64,000 nt of DNA from Spirochaetia bacterium (GTDB lineage: Bacteria; Spirochaetota; Spirochaetia; SZUA-6; Fen-1364), in assembly GCA_049515135.1 (NCBI GenBank), contig JBEKUJ010000001.1, forward strand, positions 41,593-105,592, written 5' to 3'. Shown here piece after piece: positions 60,009 to 64,000 of the stretch (position 1 is the stretch's first letter; the number at the start of each line of letters is the position of its first letter). Under the pieces are notes generated by a model. That model searched no databases. It was given only the letters and a program-made list of their open reading frames with translations, and was not told the origin of the DNA. A program made the position numbers and the translations under genes.

Positions 60009-60736
60009 AGAGGATCAAGGTCCTGGATGTTCCGGTGGATGCCGTGGACCCCGACATGGCCGGCAAGGCCATCGAGGAGCTGCTGAACAATTCCCAGGCA
60101 AACCAGATCGTCTTTCTCTCCCTGCTGGGCCTGCTCAGGGCCCGTCATGACGCTGAGTTCATGCGATGCCTCCGTGACGCCGCGCTTGTGCTGCCGACCT
60201 CCCTCGCGGTTGTGCAGGGCGCGAGGTTCCTGGGCACAGGCAGGCTGAGCCTCTTCAACCCGTTTGAGTTCATCATCCGGATCCTCAGCGTGGTTGAGAA
60301 ATGCAAGGGGTCCGTCTACCTCCTGGGCACGCGCAAAAGCCTGCTGGAGATCGCGGAGGTGAACCTTCTGGGCTCGTTCCACGGCATACGGGTGGTGGGC
60401 CGGTTCTACGGGTTCTTTTCGCGCACGTTTGAGGGGGACATCGTCACGGCCATAAAAAAATCCTCCCCCTCGCTCCTCCTTGTGGGAACGGGAGTGCCGG
60501 GGAAGGAAAGGTGGCTTCTGCGGCACAAGAAAGAGTTCAATCCGGGGATCTCTCTGTGGGCGGACAACTGCTTCGAGGTCTTTGCAGGGACTGAAAAGCA
60601 GGTTTCCCGAAGGCTCCATTCCATAGGGCTGGGGATCCTCTCGGGCATAGGCCGCAAACCCTGGCGCCTGGCCATGATCTTTCCATATTTCTGGTACCTG
60701 GTCCTTCTCCTGGGATACAAGATCTTCAGATTGTAG
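60005..60736 (+). CDS. WecB/TagA/CpsF family glycosyltransferase (GT26)
   Basis: The GT26 N-terminal pattern (RIKVLDVPVDAVDPDMAGKAIEELL) is present. The likely GTG start at 60005 overlaps the rsmE stop as GTGA; the track start is the GTG at 59984. Confidence 0.7.
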   Translation: MKRIKVLDVPVDAVDPDMAGKAIEELLNNSQANQIVFLSLLGLLRARHDAEFMRCLRDAALVLPTSLAVVQGARFLGTGRLSLFNPFEFIIRILSVVEKCKGSVYLLGTRKSLLEIAEVNLLGSFHGIRVVGRFYGFFSRTFEGDIVTAIKKSSPSLLLVGTGVPGKERWLLRHKKEFNPGISLWADNCFEVFAGTEKQVSRRLHSIGLGILSGIGRKPWRLAMIFPYFWYLVLLLGYKIFRL

Positions 60737-60743
60737 ACGCGGC

Positions 60744-61370
60744 ATGAGCTACGACGACTTTCTCACACTCATCGAGGTGCTGGGCGTCCTTGCCTTCAGC
60801 ATGACGGGAATCTTCGAGGCCCGGCGTCTCAAGATGGACATCGTCGGCACCTACTCGGTGGCCATGATCACCGCGTTCGGAGGCGGAACGCTGCGCGACC
60901 TGTTCCTCCAGCGTCATCCGCTTTTCTGGATTCGTAACTGGCCCTATGGGGTCGTCATCCTCGTTCTCTCGATCATTTCCGTGGTCATCCTGAAGCAGAT
61001 CAAAGACCGCAAGAGCAAGACTCTCATCCTCGTAGTCACGGTTTTCGACGCCCTTGGGCTCGGCCTTTTCAGCGTGCTGGGGGCCGTGTACTCGCTCCAG
61101 GTGTATCCGAACCTCTTCTTCATCGCGGTCATCATGGGCGTCATCACGGGGTGCTTCGGAGGAGTGATCCGCGATATCATCGGCAACAAGGTCCCGACGG
61201 TATTCCAGAAATCCCAGCTCTACGCAACCTGCAGCCTGGCAGGCTGCGTCATGTACCTGCTTCTTGCGTGGCTTCAGCTGCCTGCCGCGGTTTCAATCCC
61301 CCTCGGCGTGGCAGTCACGTTCGTTGTCCGCATGCTGGCAGTGCGATACAACGTTTTACTGCCGTTCTGA
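60744..61370 (+). CDS. UPF0126 / TRIC-type (YadS/YicG-like) membrane channel protein
   Basis: The duplicated signature is present (FGGGTLRD and FGGVIRD) with about 7 TM helices. Confidence 0.75.
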   Translation: MSYDDFLTLIEVLGVLAFSMTGIFEARRLKMDIVGTYSVAMITAFGGGTLRDLFLQRHPLFWIRNWPYGVVILVLSIISVVILKQIKDRKSKTLILVVTVFDALGLGLFSVLGAVYSLQVYPNLFFIAVIMGVITGCFGGVIRDIIGNKVPTVFQKSQLYATCSLAGCVMYLLLAWLQLPAAVSIPLGVAVTFVVRMLAVRYNVLLPF

Positions 61371-61383
61371 AGGCGAAGCAGCC

Positions 61384-61842
61384 TCAGCTTCGCTCCAGCT
61401 CACGAAGCCTCAGGAAATCGTAGAAGTCTCTCAATCCCCGGTCCATCTTCCTGGCCAGGGCCCGGGACAGGAGGTTTCTCAGGGAGGGAACGAGCAGCAG
61501 GTATCCCAGCACATCGGTGAGAAAGCCCGGCGTCACAAGGAAGACCCCGCTGACCAGGATCCCCAGAAGATCAACGAACTCAGGGCCGGGATACTGGAGG
61601 TCCCGGATCTTTCGCCTCAGTCGCTCCAGCGCGTCGTGCAGCTGGCTCTGGGCAACCAGCACCCCCGGCAGCCCGACCAGCGCGGCGAGGACGAGGACCA
61701 GCCAGTTGCCGATGAGGTTGCCCAGAAAGATGAAGAAGACGATCTCCGCCAGTGGGACCAGGGAGTATATAAGGAGCGCGAAGATCAGCTTGAACAGGAA
61801 ATCCTTTTCGATGAACTGGAAGAACAGTCTGAGCTCTCGCAT
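61384..61842 (-). CDS. fxsA: FxsA family cytoplasmic membrane protein
   Basis: The 152-aa protein has two N-terminal TM helices and the FxsA motif LVTPGFLTDVLGYLLLVP. Confidence 0.7.
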   Translation of the reverse strand: MRELRLFFQFIEKDFLFKLIFALLIYSLVPLAEIVFFIFLGNLIGNWLVLVLAALVGLPGVLVAQSQLHDALERLRRKIRDLQYPGPEFVDLLGILVSGVFLVTPGFLTDVLGYLLLVPSLRNLLSRALARKMDRGLRDFYDFLRLRELERS

Positions 61843-61913
61843 GATTGTGATGAGTGTAGCAGGGCTGTGTTCGGTCTGTCAGGCCGGAGGGCCGACTCCG
61901 CAGGGCTCCAGGT

Positions 61914-62099
61914 TCAGGCTTCGGTGTCGATCTTGTTTCCCAGGGACGCGTCTTCCACCTTCTCCTGGACCTGGGTCTTCAGGATCTTCTCGGAAATGCG
62001 CATGGACTGCTCGTTCGCATTCTTGAGAATGTCTGCGAGCCCCTGGATGGATCGGGCAAGCTGAGCGGCTGATGCTCCGGGACCAATGTCTGCTGTCAT
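61914..62099 (-). CDS. Possible small protein (61 aa), unknown function
   Basis: It lies in the gap between fxsA and the divergent GT2 gene and looks coding-like, but the RBS is weak. Confidence 0.3.
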   Translation of the reverse strand: MTADIGPGASAAQLARSIQGLADILKNANEQSMRISEKILKTQVQEKVEDASLGNKIDTEA

Positions 62100-62151
62100 G
62101 CAATCTCATCGGCAGTGCCGGCCCAAAAACTTCACTGCCAGCAGCGCTCGT

Positions 62152-62180
62152 TTGACACTTTTTTCTCAATACGATACATT
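62152..62180 (+). promoter_or_regulatory. Candidate sigma70 promoter TTGACA-N17-TACATT upstream of the GT2 gene
   Basis: The sequence is tttgacacttttttctcaatacgaTACATTtacat. A 7-bp inverted repeat GATACAT...ATGTATC links the -10 region with the first ATG. Confidence 0.4.
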
Positions 62181-62194
62181 TACATAGGCTGTCT

Positions 62195-63337
62195 ATGTAT
62201 CGAGCCTCTATGCATATTGTGCCTTTCATTTTCGTTCTTGGAACTCTGTATTTCCTTTTTTTGTCTATTTCGAATGTCCTGTGGCTCAGGCTCAGCTCCC
62301 TGCGTCCGCGTATCAAGCGCGGCAGAATGGTCTCAGTGCTGATCCCTGCCCGCAATGAAGAGCGGAACATCGGACCATGCCTCGATTCGCTCCTGGCTCA
62401 GAGCTACACCAACTTCGAAGTCGTTGTGCTTGACGACCAGTCCAATGACCGCACCTGGGAGATCATCCGGGAGTATGCCCGGCGTTTCCCGGGGCGGGTG
62501 AAGGCAATCCGCGGAGAACCTCTCCCGGCAAGCGGATGGAGAGGGAAGACCCACGCCATGCAGCAGCTGGCCGCGCACGCGCAAGGGGAGTACCTGATGT
62601 TCACCGACGCGGACACCGTTCACGACAGCCAGAGCATCTCCTGGGCGGTGACGAACATCCAGGCGCACAAGGCAGATTGCATCTCGGGCTATGTTCACCA
62701 GGAGCTGGAGACGCTGGGGGAGCTTTTCATCGTGCCGGCCATCTACATCATGAGCGCGATGGTGCTCCCCTTGTGGCTGATCGGGGCAACCCGTGTCCCC
62801 GGGCTTTCCTTTGCCATCGGCCAGCTCATTGTGTTTCGCCGCCGTGCCTTTGACGACATCGGCGGGTACGCCGCGGTGAGCGACCAGATCACGGACGACG
62901 TGGCCATAGCCCGGGAGCTGAAAAAGGCCGGCTTCCGGGAGGTGTTCCTGGACATGAGCCACCACGTGCGGTGCAGGATGTACAGCGGCTACCGGGCATC
63001 CTGGAATGGGATCTCCAAGAACATCTACGATTTCGCCAAGCACAGGTCGATCTTCCTGGCGGCCGTCATCACCGTTCTTGTCGGGCTGGTGGTGCTTCCC
63101 TTCGCCCTCCTTCCAGTCCTCGTCGTCACCGGAAATCCCGACATCCAGTTCGCCTCCCTGTGCGTCGTGTTGTTCCTGGCCGCGTGGACGCTTGCCCTCT
63201 ACGATCGCGGCCTTCCCTGGTGGTCGCCCCTTCTCTACCCCCTCATGTTCCTCCATCTCCTGTACATGGCGTGGTGGAGCATCGCGCAGGTGTTCGGTGG
63301 CCACCCGATTGTCTGGAAGGGACGGACCCTTCGATGA
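62195..63337 (+). CDS. Family 2 glycosyltransferase (GT-A fold) with C-terminal TM helices
   Basis: GT2 motifs are present (VSVLIPARNEERNI, EVVVLDDQSNDRT, FTDADTVHD and a QxxRW-like segment). An alternative start lies at about 62210. Confidence 0.8.
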   Translation: MYRASMHIVPFIFVLGTLYFLFLSISNVLWLRLSSLRPRIKRGRMVSVLIPARNEERNIGPCLDSLLAQSYTNFEVVVLDDQSNDRTWEIIREYARRFPGRVKAIRGEPLPASGWRGKTHAMQQLAAHAQGEYLMFTDADTVHDSQSISWAVTNIQAHKADCISGYVHQELETLGELFIVPAIYIMSAMVLPLWLIGATRVPGLSFAIGQLIVFRRRAFDDIGGYAAVSDQITDDVAIARELKKAGFREVFLDMSHHVRCRMYSGYRASWNGISKNIYDFAKHRSIFLAAVITVLVGLVVLPFALLPVLVVTGNPDIQFASLCVVLFLAAWTLALYDRGLPWWSPLLYPLMFLHLLYMAWWSIAQVFGGHPIVWKGRTLR

Positions 63338-63362
63338 GAGAGCAGCCAGCGGAGGCCGGGTA

Positions 63363-64000
63363 ATGGCGTATCGGAAAGGCAGCGATATCGTCGGGTTCAC
63401 CCCGTCTTTCCTTCCTTTCCTGGCGATGTTCCACCTGATCATGCTGCCCGTGCGGCTGGTCAACTGGCTATTCTACCGGACGCGCGTCCTGGGCCGGGCA
63501 AACCTGTCCACGTGTGCGGCTGCCATCCTGGTCAGCAACCACACAATGCTGATGGACCCTGCGGTGATCGCCCACGCGCTGAGCCCGCGCAGGACCTGGT
63601 TCACCATGCTGGAGGAGACCGCGTTGATCCCGTACCTCGGCACGTTTGTGCGGCTTCTAGGGGCCCTCCCGATTCCCGAGGGGTCAGGTTCGCTCCTGTC
63701 GCTGGAAAGGGCCGCGCGGCGCGCGCTTGCCGGGCTGGGCTTCCTTCACTTCTTCCCGGAAGGGGAATGCTATCGGTGGAGCCAGGACATCCAGCCCTTT
63801 CGGCCCGGCGCCTTCCTCCTTTCCTGCCGTCTCGGCCTGCCAGTGATCCCCATGACCACCGTCCTCCACGAAAGGAGGTTGGGCGGCTGCACAAGCGTCC
63901 GCGTCCTCGGCAGGACGGTGCCTCTCCCTCCCGTGGTGACCGTCGTCATTGGCGCCCCCATCCGGCCCCCGGCAGTGCCGTCAACCCTGAACGGCCAGAC
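63363..64000 (+). CDS. Lysophospholipid (1-acyl-sn-glycerol-3-phosphate, PlsC-like) acyltransferase, 3'-truncated by the window end
   Basis: I translated this from the sequence; it is not in the ORF track because it has no stop in the window. It carries the HX4D motif (VSNHTMLMDP) and a second motif (FFPEGE). It starts 26 nt after the GT2 stop. Confidence 0.7.
   Translation, partial: MAYRKGSDIVGFTPSFLPFLAMFHLIMLPVRLVNWLFYRTRVLGRANLSTCAAAILVSNHTMLMDPAVIAHALSPRRTWFTMLEETALIPYLGTFVRLLGALPIPEGSGSLLSLERAARRALAGLGFLHFFPEGECYRWSQDIQPFRPGAFLLSCRLGLPVIPMTTVLHERRLGGCTSVRVLGRTVPLPPVVTVVIGAPIRPPAVPSTLNGQ

Overview
This is a high-GC (about 65%) bacterial chromosomal segment with dense coding on both strands. 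I found no rRNA, tRNA or CRISPR array.

Gene content, in order:
- A tyrosine integrase sits at the left edge, followed by a 3018-aa cyclic beta-1,2-glucan synthase (GT84 + GH94).
- A three-gene co-directional block of exported proteins follows: a CHAP/NlpC-P60-like lipoprotein, a signal-peptide ankyrin-repeat protein built from four ~125-aa super-repeats, and a CAP/SCP/PR-1-like protein.
- Next come two lipoproteins of unknown function whose reading frames overlap.
- A long minus-strand run holds a MATE efflux pump, a DUF574 SAM-methyltransferase, a hybrid PAS histidine kinase with receiver domain, a sugar-phosphate isomerase and a Gfo/Idh/MocA oxidoreductase.
- An envelope/secreted block holds an S8 subtilase with a small secreted ORF, a lipoprotein with a Gly12 linker and a sharply lower-GC 3' half, an OM-barrel + transglutaminase-like + TPR protein, a small secreted protein, a PEBP-family protein and an M50 protease.
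- A 1392-aa all-in-one 2-hydroxyacyl-CoA-dehydratase-type 'activase' fusion is followed by a NarL-type response regulator, a receiver-only protein and a GAF-GAF histidine kinase.
- An ECF sigma factor, a DHA2 MFS transporter translationally coupled to an acyltransferase-3 protein, a UroD-like protein and an Ada-like AraC-MGMT fusion follow.
- Then a metallophosphoesterase, a TIM-barrel isomerase and a low-GC membrane-anchored LuxR regulator.
- NifU-NifS and Lgt.
- A 983-aa DUF342/FapA-like protein and a DUF1573-CcdA fusion.
- CtpA, RsmE, a WecB/TagA glycosyltransferase, a UPF0126 channel and FxsA.
- A GT2 glycosyltransferase plus a PlsC-like acyltransferase run off the right edge.

Noncoding and compositional signals: an AU-rich hairpin that could occlude the LuxR gene's Shine-Dalgarno, a perfect 15-bp inverted repeat pair in an AT-rich spacer, a strong hairpin downstream of lgt, a mosaic high-GC/low-GC lipoprotein gene, and diverged ~375-bp tandem repeats in the ankyrin gene. 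All functional calls come from reading motifs in the translations; no database search was possible.
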